64,000 nt of DNA from the IMG/VR virus record IMGVR_UViG_3300027754_000039, positions 32,001-96,000 of that record; one strand, written 5' to 3'. Numbering within the stretch: the stretch's first letter is position 1; the number at the start of each line of letters is the position of its first letter. Of the stretch, positions 53,624-62,766 are shown piece after piece. Source of the DNA: a virus. Below the pieces are notes generated by a model that worked only from the letters and a program-made list of their open reading frames with translations, had not been told where the DNA came from and did no database searches. A program made the translations under genes and the position numbers.

Positions 53624-54780
53624 TATCCTATATAAATTACCATTGGTACCTTATTTAATTGAGACTGCATATTGTCTGCTTCCTCTGTCATTTTAGCTAA
53701 TTGTGATTGACGAGATACTGCTTCTAGGTTTTCTCTTATTTGAGTAACCAACGCTTCTTTTTCCGTTTGCCCCTGTGCTATTAAATCAGCTCCATTTAAT
53801 GTAACTTCTGCTCCTGGTATAGGAACAGTGCTGTATTTATTGCGTATATTGCCTAACACTTCCTTAGCTAGTGCCAGGGTATACTTGAATATCCACTGCT
53901 TGCCCGCTGGATTAATGTTGGCGTATGTATGTAATTCGTAGGGTGCATTTGAAAAGTCTCCTACTACATTTGACCCGGATGCAAAGGCATAAGCTTCTGC
54001 CGCTCTGTCTTCTGTAGTGATATATTCAATATACATTGTATAATCATACGTCGGTACCGGAAATATTTTAACTCGAGTCCCAGCTACTTGAAAACTATAA
54101 GCTGACTTGCGAATCATATCATTAAACTCAATAGCCTGAAGTCTTAATAAATCGGCATATATGGGCATCATCATAAATGATACGCCTGGTGAATAGTTAC
54201 CCCAACCAAAATTTTCTAACATTGTTTGAGAGCCTAATCCAGTACCTATAAACGGGTCAAAGTATCTAGTAATAGCAGGAGGATTGTCATGAAAGATTTT
54301 TTTAATCTCTACAGTCTTTGTGCTGTCTCCGGCTCCTTCATATACAAAATTAGCTAGATCGTATACTTGCTGCCCAGTCGTAACTGCTACTGAAGCTGAC
54401 TTGTAAATTAAATATCCACCCGATCCTGCTTCTGTTCCATAGTTCTTAGATATATTAATTAATCTATCCAAAGTAGGATTAACAGGTTTTGCTGTTAAAT
54501 TAGTACCTGTCTTTGTTCCTTGTAAATTAAATAAATTATCTCTAATAGCATATTGATTTAATTGATTAGAATATTCTAACGTGGCTTCTTCAAAACAAGC
54601 ATAGAAATGTTTAGATTGAAGTTCAATATCACTTAAAGGCCATCCTAATCGAGTCCCACACCATGATGCAACTTTATCTGCGTGTATTGCAAATGTCGCA
54701 TCTGTATCAAAAAATTGAAACGGAGTTGATCCTGTAGTAAAACTACTAGAACCCGGCCATATTGGAATTTGTACTGCCAT
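53623..54780 (-). CDS. neck / head-tail adaptor (gp13-like)
   Basis: RLGWP..DIEL, W...YTLAL.KE.LG.IR.KY...P.PG..V.LNG..L. Confidence 0.85.
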   Translation of the reverse strand: MAVQIPIWPGSSSFTTGSTPFQFFDTDATFAIHADKVASWCGTRLGWPLSDIELQSKHFYACFEEATLEYSNQLNQYAIRDNLFNLQGTKTGTNLTAKPVNPTLDRLINISKNYGTEAGSGGYLIYKSASVAVTTGQQVYDLANFVYEGAGDSTKTVEIKKIFHDNPPAITRYFDPFIGTGLGSQTMLENFGWGNYSPGVSFMMMPIYADLLRLQAIEFNDMIRKSAYSFQVAGTRVKIFPVPTYDYTMYIEYITTEDRAAEAYAFASGSNVVGDFSNAPYELHTYANINPAGKQWIFKYTLALAKEVLGNIRNKYSTVPIPGAEVTLNGADLIAQGQTEKEALVTQIRENLEAVSRQSQLAKMTEEADNMQSQLNKVPMVIYIG

Positions 54781-54798
54781 GATAGTATATCTTTATTA

Positions 54799-54806
54799 AT
54801 AAATAT
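54799..54806 (-). promoter_or_regulatory. candidate late promoter motif ATATTTAT (neck operon)
   Basis: Between a terminator and the gp13 ATG. Confidence 0.55.
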
Positions 54807-54815
54807 CATTACAGT

Positions 54816-54843
54816 AAAAAAGGTCCAAAAACAATTGGACCTT
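54816..54843 (-). terminator. intrinsic terminator after the lysin gene
   Basis: Minus strand AAGGTCCAA-TTGTTT-TTGGACCTTTTTT. Confidence 0.8.
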
Positions 54844-54864
54844 CTCACTTAATATGTATTAATA

Positions 54865-55464
54865 TTATACTAGTAAAGAATAATATTCTTTGAAATGTTT
54901 AATACGATCAGGTAATCCAATTGTACCGCCATTAACTCTTTTAGTTACTGCAGTTACGGTAGCGTCGTCTGCTCCTTTATCACAAATTAACCAAAGATTA
55001 TTGTTGTTGAAAAAGAATGCTGCTGAAGCTAATGGATATTTAGTAGCTACTAAATCTGGGTTTGATAAAATATCATCTTCAACCGTTTTGTCAAATAATG
55101 AATAGTTAGATTTACCCGTTAATTGTATATATCCACGACCTCTGAATTTGAATCCTTCTCCTGAAGCTTCATCTCCATTACCCATTCTAGCTGAATAAAC
55201 TTTATTAGCTATTTTTTCTGGATTGCGAGCATATCCAGCTGCTGTAGTAGCATTGAAATATTTACCAAAGATTTTAACTAAACCATCTGCTGAATAATTT
55301 AGATTTTCAGATACCGCTTTAAAGCCACCACTTTCATGACCACATTGAGCTAAAAAATGAGCTAAACGTAAAGTGTTAGTGATATTAAACTTTGCTGCTG
55401 TGTCTGGAATTTGTGCAATAACTGCATCAGGAATATGTCCTTTAAGTTTGTCTGGTGTTATCAT
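54865..55464 (-). CDS. glycoside hydrolase family 19 endolysin
   Basis: RLAHFLAQCGHESGGF, ENLNYS, FRGRGYIQLTGKSNY, TKRVNGG..GL.DR. Confidence 0.93.
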   Translation of the reverse strand: MITPDKLKGHIPDAVIAQIPDTAAKFNITNTLRLAHFLAQCGHESGGFKAVSENLNYSADGLVKIFGKYFNATTAAGYARNPEKIANKVYSARMGNGDEASGEGFKFRGRGYIQLTGKSNYSLFDKTVEDDILSNPDLVATKYPLASAAFFFNNNNLWLICDKGADDATVTAVTKRVNGGTIGLPDRIKHFKEYYSLLV

Positions 55465-55469
55465 ATTAG

Positions 55470-56102
55470 TTAAAATTTAATGTGTTCTGCTTCTGTTGTG
55501 TGTATAACCTTTAAACTAATCTCGGGATATTGTGACTGAAGCGCTTCAACCGCTTTTATATTTTTATAAGAGTCGTCAATAAACACAATGTCATTGTATC
55601 CTTTCTTTATTTCTTTTTCTATGTAGTCTGCTTTTTTCTGTGGATTACCGTCCCCTAAAGGAACTACATACACGTCTAAATTATATAATTTCTTTAAATA
55701 TCTTTTTACTGGATATCCTAATAGTCTAGCAGTTAATATCGTTGTCTTAGTCGTTGAAGACTCAGCAGCTTGTTTAAGTAGCTTTATATTTGCTTGAATA
55801 GGTACTGCAGTTTTAATAACAGTATTGAATTCTTTAAAATTAAATACATCTCCTTTTTTAGGTTTATATACTGCAAATTCTGCAGGAGTTAAAGTAAATT
55901 CTTTTCCGTTATTTTTAACATATATATTTGATTTCACTTTTGCCAAAGTATCGTCAAAGTCAAATATACGAAGTTTCTTAACTGCTGGTCCTTCATTAAT
56001 TGATTTAAACGTGTCTTTAAACGTGTATACTTTACCTAATTCATATTTAGGTAGATACTGTTGCATTGCCGCTCCAAAGTGATTATCTAATATGTCTGCC
56101 AT
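55470..56102 (-). CDS. HAD-superfamily phosphatase-like protein
   Basis: IFDFDDTL (DxDxT), ILTAR, K, FIDDS..NI. Confidence 0.85.
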   Translation of the reverse strand: MADILDNHFGAAMQQYLPKYELGKVYTFKDTFKSINEGPAVKKLRIFDFDDTLAKVKSNIYVKNNGKEFTLTPAEFAVYKPKKGDVFNFKEFNTVIKTAVPIQANIKLLKQAAESSTTKTTILTARLLGYPVKRYLKKLYNLDVYVVPLGDGNPQKKADYIEKEIKKGYNDIVFIDDSYKNIKAVEALQSQYPEISLKVIHTTEAEHIKF

Positions 56103-56785
56103 TATGAATTATATTCTTTATATACATTTAATATTTCCGGAACAATTGGATGTCTGTGGTTTTTAAGTAAAGTAATTACCTTTACCCCTGGTACTCGTGC
56201 TTCTAGCGTTTTAAAGAAATCAATGCCAGATTCTTTTTTATTCCTTAAATCAATTTGCGAAGTATCTCCACAAAAAATCATTTTAGAATTTAAACCCAAA
56301 CGACCTACAATCATTTCTGTTTGATTGCCATTAACATTTTGTGCCTCGTCTACTATAACCACTGCGTTAACAAATGTCCTTCCCCGTACAAACGCGAACG
56401 GCAGAATCTCAATGTCTTGGCTTTCGACCATCTTATCGACTGTCTCTTTATTGTACAACATGTATAAGTTGGCATAAATTGGAGCTAACCATGGATCCAT
56501 TTTTTCTTTTAAACCTCCTGGTAAATACCCAATGTCATCGGCCGCTGCAACGACAGGACGAGTTATAATAATCTTTTCAACTTGACGAGTAAAAAACATA
56601 TCCAATGCTATTTGACACGCCAATAGTGTTTTTCCGGAACCTGCTTGACCTTTTAATAAAGTAACGGTATTATTTAATATGTCTGCCTTAGCAGTTTTTT
56701 GTTCTTCATTTAATGTTAAATGAAATTTAACTGGCCCTTTTGGTTTTCTCTTTTCTGAATTGTTTAATTTACTAGGTGATTCCAT
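56102..56785 (-). CDS. phoH: PhoH-like ATPase
   Basis: GQAGSGKT, ITRP, IGYLPG..KEK..PW, RGRTF, DEAQN, GD..QID. Confidence 0.95.
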   Translation of the reverse strand: MESPSKLNNSEKRKPKGPVKFHLTLNEEQKTAKADILNNTVTLLKGQAGSGKTLLACQIALDMFFTRQVEKIIITRPVVAAADDIGYLPGGLKEKMDPWLAPIYANLYMLYNKETVDKMVESQDIEILPFAFVRGRTFVNAVVIVDEAQNVNGNQTEMIVGRLGLNSKMIFCGDTSQIDLRNKKESGIDFFKTLEARVPGVKVITLLKNHRHPIVPEILNVYKEYNS

Positions 56786-56808
56786 AATATAACCTTTTAA
56801 TATAAAAT

Positions 56809-57063
56809 TTATTTACTTTGATCTTCTACCATGTATTCATGTACACTATTAATATAATCTGATGCCAATGTAATATATGCTGATACCCATCCTGATAATT
56901 CCTGCCCTTCTTGTATCATTTTATATAATGTGGCTCCGTTAGTTATCATAGCACGCAATTCTGCTTTGGCCATTGCAGCTTCATGATCATGTTCCTTCGC
57001 CGGTAACATATTGCTCATTTCTTCTTTTACCATTTTTTGAACGGCTTTTCTAAGTTTATCCAT
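56809..57063 (-). CDS. small putative head protein
   Basis: HEAAMAK.EL, L.GWV...IT.A.DYI..V motif; ATATTTAT at 57079-57086. Confidence 0.65.
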   Translation of the reverse strand: MDKLRKAVQKMVKEEMSNMLPAKEHDHEAAMAKAELRAMITNGATLYKMIQEGQELSGWVSAYITLASDYINSVHEYMVEDQSK

Positions 57064-57110
57064 AATAAGTTATTTCTAATAAATATCAGGATCGTTCCTT
57101 TTAATCAGTA

Positions 57111-57139
57111 GAAAAGGGGCTAATTACTAACCCCTTTTC
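57111..57139 (-). terminator. intrinsic terminator after the major capsid gene
   Basis: GAAAAGGGG...CCCCTTTTC inverted repeat. Confidence 0.85.
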
Positions 57140-57164
57140 AAACTTAACGATTAAGCCTCAGCGA

Positions 57165-58862
57165 TTACACTAAGTGTAAACCATGAACTTTAACAACGCC
57201 ATAAAATTCGGGTCTAACCATTTTCTTAGCATAACGAGTCATAACACCTTTACGTGGAGTAAAGTTAGTCGGATCGTACACTAATGGAGTCATAATTAAT
57301 GGAATGTATGGAGCATATACAGCGCCAGTCTCTAAGAATTGAGAACCACGGTAACCTAATAAAATAACGTTTTCAGTCATATATGGGTTTTTGTATACAG
57401 TGAAGCGGCTATTTAATAAACCTACTTTTTGTACACCCATTGCAAACTGCATTTTGTCGCCATTAGTATCAGCAGCATATCCTGGGATAGATTCTAATAT
57501 AGTAGCAACATCAGGAGAACAAACCATAAAGTTTGCACCACCACGCATTGTCTTTTGGTGAATTTTGTTTGATACCTTTTGTAACTTAGTACCTAAAGTT
57601 TGAAACCAAGTGTTTTGAGTATAAGCTTGAGCAGCAGCGTTGCTAGAAGCAGCAAAATTGTCTGTCGAAGAGTTATATTCAAATCCTAATTGTGCAGACC
57701 AAGATTCAGTAGTCACTGCATTTTGGATTAACATATCTAAAATTTCTAAGTCAATCTCTTGAGAGATATATTCAGATAACATAGAAGTCAATTCAGCTTC
57801 AGCATCAATTGAATGGTAAGCATTTAAATCTTGAGCAAATTCTGGAGACCAAACTGCTTTTAACTTACGAGTTTTAGCAACAATAGCTTCAGATTTCAAT
57901 TCAACATTAATTTCTGGAATATTGATGTCTGTTCCTGTTCCTGCAGTATCTTCAAAGTCACCACGAGCAGCTGCTGTTGGTTGTTTTTGATATTGTACAT
58001 TAACTGCGGCTAATGCAGCGGTAGCTACAATAGAACCAGATACAATAAATGTAAATGTAGTGTCATTTACGTTTTTAGTAAACTGTGGGAAATAAGCAGC
58101 AATATGACCAACACTAGAACCTGATAATGCGTAAGCACGAACACCTTCTAAATCTGGGTTAGTTAAAGCAGCAGCAGCAACAGTGATTTTCTTGAATGCA
58201 CCAGCAGCAATTGAAGCAGAATAAGCTGCAGTAAATTTGCTGTCATAGTTAAATTCATCAGAATCTAAATCAGCAGTCATGCTTAAAGCAGAGCTAATTT
58301 TGATTTTAGTAGCGTCTGGAGAATAAGATCCAGAAGCGTCAATAGTAGCAGTGGTTTTGTTAATTGAATAACCGAAACGACCAGCACCATATAAACCTTG
58401 GCTTGGATCTGAAGTTGTGTTAGTTACACCGAATACAGAGTTATTTTGGTAACCTGAATCAGGGCTAGATAATGAGTTACTATTACCAGAAGTTGAGTTA
58501 ATGAAACCAGGTTGAGCTGAACCATATTTGAAGTCCATGTAAAATACTAGACCTGATGGTAAATTCATTGGCTGAACAGATACGAAGTCTTTAGCTGCGA
58601 TTTCAGCAAATACTCTACGTACTAAAGGTAAAGCAACGCCTGACCATTGTTCTGAGTTAGTTGCTGTACCAGTTGAGTTAGCTTCTGTTACTAATTGTTT
58701 AGCTTGATTTTCAAGCATAATGGCCATACCGTGTCTATCGTACTCGGTAGTGATGCCTTCTAACAAACCGGTTTTTGCCCATTTGCCTACTAGGCCTTTG
58801 GTCTCGTCCATTTGTTTACGAACAGCTGATGTGCTTTCGTTTAAAATTGAATGTAATGACAT
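57165..58862 (-). CDS. gp23: major capsid protein (gp23-like)
   Basis: LENQA, LPLVRR, VQPM..PSGLVF, AKTRKLKA.W..E.AQDL.A.H..DAEAEL, YAPYIPL, F.PR.G..TRY. Confidence 0.98.
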   Translation of the reverse strand: MSLHSILNESTSAVRKQMDETKGLVGKWAKTGLLEGITTEYDRHGMAIMLENQAKQLVTEANSTGTATNSEQWSGVALPLVRRVFAEIAAKDFVSVQPMNLPSGLVFYMDFKYGSAQPGFINSTSGNSNSLSSPDSGYQNNSVFGVTNTTSDPSQGLYGAGRFGYSINKTTATIDASGSYSPDATKIKISSALSMTADLDSDEFNYDSKFTAAYSASIAAGAFKKITVAAAALTNPDLEGVRAYALSGSSVGHIAAYFPQFTKNVNDTTFTFIVSGSIVATAALAAVNVQYQKQPTAAARGDFEDTAGTGTDINIPEINVELKSEAIVAKTRKLKAVWSPEFAQDLNAYHSIDAEAELTSMLSEYISQEIDLEILDMLIQNAVTTESWSAQLGFEYNSSTDNFAASSNAAAQAYTQNTWFQTLGTKLQKVSNKIHQKTMRGGANFMVCSPDVATILESIPGYAADTNGDKMQFAMGVQKVGLLNSRFTVYKNPYMTENVILLGYRGSQFLETGAVYAPYIPLIMTPLVYDPTNFTPRKGVMTRYAKKMVRPEFYGVVKVHGLHLV

Positions 58863-58888
58863 TTTAAATTTTGTTTTAAGTTAATTAA

Positions 58889-59773
58889 TTATTTTAATCC
58901 TGCTAGTTTTTTGAAACGATTAGCTAATTCTGTACCTTCAGAAATTACTTGCTTTGCAGGTTTGGTAGATCCTACCGGTTTTGAAGCAAACGATTCTTTA
59001 ACTACTCTCTTAGTCGATGGCATTTTAAAGCCTTCAGCTAAAGTCGAATATACTAACTTAACTTCACGTAAAGTAAAAGCTCTATCGAAGTTTTCGATAA
59101 CTTTCATTTTCTGACCTTCGTTTAAAGTGAAATTACGGAATAATTTATTAGAATATAAAAGTTTAGCATTTAATAAATTTACTTCATTAATTTTACCTTT
59201 TAGGAAACGGATAACATTATACGCTTCTTCTAGATCTTCGCTTGACTCTTCTTCTTTTTCATCTTCTTCTTTCATTTCTTCTTTTTCTTCAGTCTCGTCT
59301 TCTTCACGTAAAGATTTGATAATTTCTTCAATATTGATATCTTCATCATCATCAGACATTTCTTCGCCTTCTTCCATAGAATCATCCTCTTTAGGTTCTT
59401 CCATTGCGGGCTCTTCATCGCCTTCTAATTCTCTGATAATAGATTCTAAATCTAAATCATCTTCTTCGCCTTCCATGTCCATGCCTTCTTCAGTCATTTC
59501 TTCTTCTGGCATTTCTTCTTCATCGTCTTCGCCTTCTTCAACTGGCTCTTCTGCAGGCATTCCTTCATCACCCATTTCTTCTCCTTCTGTTGGCATCTCT
59601 TCTTCAGCTGGTTCTTCTTCGTCTTCTTCAGACATTTCTTCAGCTAATTTAGCAGACAACATAGATTGAAGTCTTGGAGTGAAAGCTTCCTCAAGAGCAA
59701 GTTTAGCGTTGGCTAAGGCTGTTTCTCTTACGGCTTTTGCATCAGCAATTGCCTCTTTTAATAGGTCTTTCAT
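58889..59773 (-). CDS. gp22: prohead core scaffold protein (gp22-like)
   Basis: Highly acidic; MKDLLKEAIADAK, NEVNLLNAKLLY.NKLF, RF.KLAG; directly upstream of the capsid gene. Confidence 0.8.
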   Translation of the reverse strand: MKDLLKEAIADAKAVRETALANAKLALEEAFTPRLQSMLSAKLAEEMSEEDEEEPAEEEMPTEGEEMGDEGMPAEEPVEEGEDDEEEMPEEEMTEEGMDMEGEEDDLDLESIIRELEGDEEPAMEEPKEDDSMEEGEEMSDDDEDINIEEIIKSLREEDETEEKEEMKEEDEKEEESSEDLEEAYNVIRFLKGKINEVNLLNAKLLYSNKLFRNFTLNEGQKMKVIENFDRAFTLREVKLVYSTLAEGFKMPSTKRVVKESFASKPVGSTKPAKQVISEGTELANRFKKLAGLK

Positions 59774-59882
59774 TGTCCTTTTATTGTTTTTTAATTGGAA
59801 ATAAGATTATTGGAAATCTTAATAGAATAAATATTTTCTAGCACCTTATATAGAGATAAGGTATTGTGCGTTATATCAATAA

Positions 59883-59914
59883 ATATGGGCATGCTTAAGT
59901 AAACACGCCCATAT
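59883..59914 (-). terminator. 14-bp hairpin upstream of the scaffold/capsid operon
   Basis: Minus strand ATATGGGCGTGTTT-ACTT-AAGCATGCCCATAT; two G-U pairs work only on the minus-strand RNA; overlaps ATATTTAT at 59879-59886. Confidence 0.7.
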
Positions 59915-59937
59915 GAATGAAATATTTTTAATAAATT

Positions 59938-59997
59938 TTAAGCAGCTTTAATTTCTGCTTGATGTTCTTTAATATGTGCTATAGGTGCTAATTTCAT
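59938..59997 (-). CDS. 19-aa mini-ORF MKLAPIAHIKEHQAEIKAA
   Basis: ATG 1 nt after the upstream stop codon. Confidence 0.35.
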   Translation of the reverse strand: MKLAPIAHIKEHQAEIKAA

Positions 59998-59998
59998 A

Positions 59999-60733
59999 TT
60001 ATTTCTTAGCTACTGTCTTAACACCTTTGTCTTTGCTAGGTTCTTCCTTAGCTACGTAATTTTTATCTACCCAATTGAAAAATTTCTTTTTATCTCTAGG
60101 AGTTTCTAAATCTGAAGGTTCTTGAATTTTAAACTTCTTCATTGCTTTTGAAAAGAACTTTTGATAATCATCTCCCGAAGCCGCTTCAGTAACCATTCCA
60201 CCTACATCATAATACTTATTTAAAGTACCTCCGATATCTTCATAAGCAGACTCTAAACGTTGCTGAAGTACTGACATTTCTTGAGAAGTCTTTTCAAATA
60301 TCTTATATGCTTCACCTAAATGCTTCATATGACGATTAACTGTATTAGCGTCAAACCAATCTTCAGTTTCAGACAAAGTTAAATGATGAGCAGCTTCGAT
60401 AAGCTCTCCTAAATATTGAGAAGTTTCTTTTAAAGAATGAGGTCTATAAATAGAGTCTGAATGTTCAGCAAATTTATATACAGCTTCTAAAAAAGCTTTC
60501 TTTTGCTCAGTAGTCATACTTTGAGTTAAATCTTCACCCTCTTTTAGTAAGTCTGCTAATTTAATAGATTTGTTTGTTTTCATATTTTCTTTTAATTTCA
60601 TTTCATGCATATGTAACGCAGCTAAATACTTTTTCAAAGCTTCTTTAGTACCTTTAGTAGCACCTACTCGCTTTCCACCATCTTTTTTATAGACAACGTA
60701 TTTATCTCCTTCTTTCTTATAAGTATAAGGCAT
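59999..60733 (-). CDS. head-region hypothetical protein (putative core/internal protein)
   Basis: KLADLLKE-G motif; WFD..TV.RHMK.L. Confidence 0.7.
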   Translation of the reverse strand: MPYTYKKEGDKYVVYKKDGGKRVGATKGTKEALKKYLAALHMHEMKLKENMKTNKSIKLADLLKEGEDLTQSMTTEQKKAFLEAVYKFAEHSDSIYRPHSLKETSQYLGELIEAAHHLTLSETEDWFDANTVNRHMKHLGEAYKIFEKTSQEMSVLQQRLESAYEDIGGTLNKYYDVGGMVTEAASGDDYQKFFSKAMKKFKIQEPSDLETPRDKKKFFNWVDKNYVAKEEPSKDKGVKTVAKK

Positions 60734-60734
60734 A

Positions 60735-61142
60735 TTAAGAAGCTACGTTTACAGTGGTTGAAGTATTGAATCTTGATTTAAACTTACCGTCTTGATACCA
60801 GATAGTACCAATATCTCTTCCGTTAGATCCTGCTCCTGGATGAGTATAATTAATTGACACGTTGAATATATATCCACCTACTGAATTAGTTAAAGTAGAG
60901 CAAGATACATCTAACGTCATAGAGTTAAATAAAGACTGAAGTACTGGTGTACGTATCTCTTTAGATAAATCAGACATATAATATAATATCTCTGGTTTCT
61001 TTTTATCTAAACCCAATACAGCAATAATACCAGTTTTCATTTTAAGTTCTTTTTGAACTCCTTTGATAATTTGCTCTGACGGCTCAACTACTTCTTCGTT
61101 AAGTCTTCCTTTTTTGAATTCTAATAGATCTTTTAATTTCAT
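60735..61142 (-). CDS. head-region hypothetical protein
   Basis: Leader MKLKDLLEFKKGRLNE-E. Confidence 0.65.
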   Translation of the reverse strand: MKLKDLLEFKKGRLNEEVVEPSEQIIKGVQKELKMKTGIIAVLGLDKKKPEILYYMSDLSKEIRTPVLQSLFNSMTLDVSCSTLTNSVGGYIFNVSINYTHPGAGSNGRDIGTIWYQDGKFKSRFNTSTTVNVAS

Positions 61143-61273
61143 TATCCTTTGTATTTTTTAGGAGTTACGTCGACATTCAATTTTGAATTGTCTTTGGCCT
61201 GTTTAGTTTTTTGGCTATAAGCCTTTGGCTTTGTATTATTAGTACTAGCTTTGTATTTTTCTTCTAAATTCAT
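61142..61273 (-). CDS. small Lys-rich protein (43 aa, MNLEEKYKAS...)
   Basis: Manual translation; TAATG junction with the next gene. Confidence 0.55.
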   Translation of the reverse strand: MNLEEKYKASTNNTKPKAYSQKTKQAKDNSKLNVDVTPKKYKG

Positions 61274-61281
61274 GATTTGGT

Positions 61282-61896
61282 TTATTTAATGTCTGACAAT
61301 ATATCTGTAATTAAACGATTTACTTTTTCATATTTAGCTGGCTTAATTAAACCATGCTGTACTGACTCATGCATTGCAGTTGGTTTTAGGAAAGCTCCTT
61401 GAGTTGATGGATTAGACACAAAGTCAAATGCAATTAATTCAAAGTCGTCTTGCACTTCTACAGACCCTTCTCCTAATTGCTTAACAGATCCTAATCCACG
61501 AGAACTAATACCTAATTTAATACCACACTTAAATAACTCTTTTAATATGTTACCTGACGGTGTTGATAAAACTTCTACAGTTCCAACTAAATCATTTTCT
61601 TCCCAATGCATTTCTGTTATATTGTGAGAAACATTATTTAGATTTACTACTGAAGAATCTGGATGATCTAATTCTCCTAAAGCTCTTCTTTCTTTTATAT
61701 TAACGTCAGCATATTTTTTAGCTTCACGCATTAATATATTTCTAGGATAAACTCGTCCATTTTGGTTTTGAGCATCTGCTCTTTGCAATACTCCTTTAAC
61801 CATTAGACGGCCATTATTCTTTTCCATAGACTCACTAATCATTTCCGGAGAAATGTTAAATGTAATATAGTCTACTATTAATTTCTTATTTTCCAT
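61282..61896 (-). CDS. gp21: prohead core protease (gp21-like)
   Basis: GVLQRA...NQNGRVYP, ALGELDHP, SH.I, TP.G.I, GISSRG.GS, D.V..PS...AF. Confidence 0.95.
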   Translation of the reverse strand: MENKKLIVDYITFNISPEMISESMEKNNGRLMVKGVLQRADAQNQNGRVYPRNILMREAKKYADVNIKERRALGELDHPDSSVVNLNNVSHNITEMHWEENDLVGTVEVLSTPSGNILKELFKCGIKLGISSRGLGSVKQLGEGSVEVQDDFELIAFDFVSNPSTQGAFLKPTAMHESVQHGLIKPAKYEKVNRLITDILSDIK

Positions 61897-61897
61897 A

Positions 61898-62431
61898 TTA
61901 AGACGCTAATTCCTTTAATTGTTTTGATACTCTCAATAAACGCTCACTAATTTTAGAGAGATTTTCACGAGACGATTTCCAATAAACATTGTTGTCTACA
62001 CCCATTTCTTGCTTTAAACGAACATTATGGTTAACAACTTTTTCAATTTCTTTTAAACCTCTATTAATGTAATTAATTGAGTTATTTATTTTTGCCTTAG
62101 GCGATGCTATAGGATCTTTTCTATATTCATTATATGAAATTTCATTAAGATAAAGTTCTTTTGAAAGTCTCATAAACTCAGATTCTTTAACCGGTTTCTT
62201 AACTTCTTTTTTAACTTTCTTAACTTTTTTATATCCTAACATTTCAATAGTGTCATCACCTAACTCACCAAAAGCATTAGGAGTTTCATATCCACCTGCA
62301 CCTGCTGACGTCGACATTTCTTCCATGTCGTCTAATTGAAAGTCGTCTTCCTCATCATCTATTAAGCGAGAATTATCTTCGGGCTCTCCGGATTCTTTAA
62401 GGAATTTTTTAAATGTAGTTGTATATGACAT
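61898..62431 (-). CDS. head-region hypothetical protein
   Basis: Leader ending FLKE-S; STSAGAG.Y.TP.AF. Confidence 0.65.
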   Translation of the reverse strand: MSYTTTFKKFLKESGEPEDNSRLIDDEEDDFQLDDMEEMSTSAGAGGYETPNAFGELGDDTIEMLGYKKVKKVKKEVKKPVKESEFMRLSKELYLNEISYNEYRKDPIASPKAKINNSINYINRGLKEIEKVVNHNVRLKQEMGVDNNVYWKSSRENLSKISERLLRVSKQLKELAS

Positions 62432-62440
62432 AAATTAATT

Positions 62441-62764
62441 TTAATAATTGTATAATATAGTAATATCACCTGCATCAGATGCAGATACATATCTTAAGCT
62501 AATTGGAAATATTTGATGATTTTGACTTGGCTCGTGAAAATCAGCGCCAACATATCCTGTGCCATTTGATGCTGATATGAGTAAACTTCCGGTATTCATA
62601 ATAAGAAACCCTGCAGGGTTTAAAAATGACCCTGTTGCTATAAACGGATTATTAGTTGTAGCAGTTACGCGAACTGTACGAGAATACGTTGCATTAATTT
62701 TTGATGAATTATATGTCGCTGCGGGAGCTGAGTAAGGTCCGCATATTGGATTTTCGTTTGCCAT
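62441..62764 (-). CDS. hypothetical protein
   Basis: ORF in the head operon. Confidence 0.6.
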   Translation of the reverse strand: MANENPICGPYSAPAATYNSSKINATYSRTVRVTATTNNPFIATGSFLNPAGFLIMNTGSLLISASNGTGYVGADFHEPSQNHQIFPISLRYVSASDAGDITILYNY

Positions 62765-62766
62765 TA

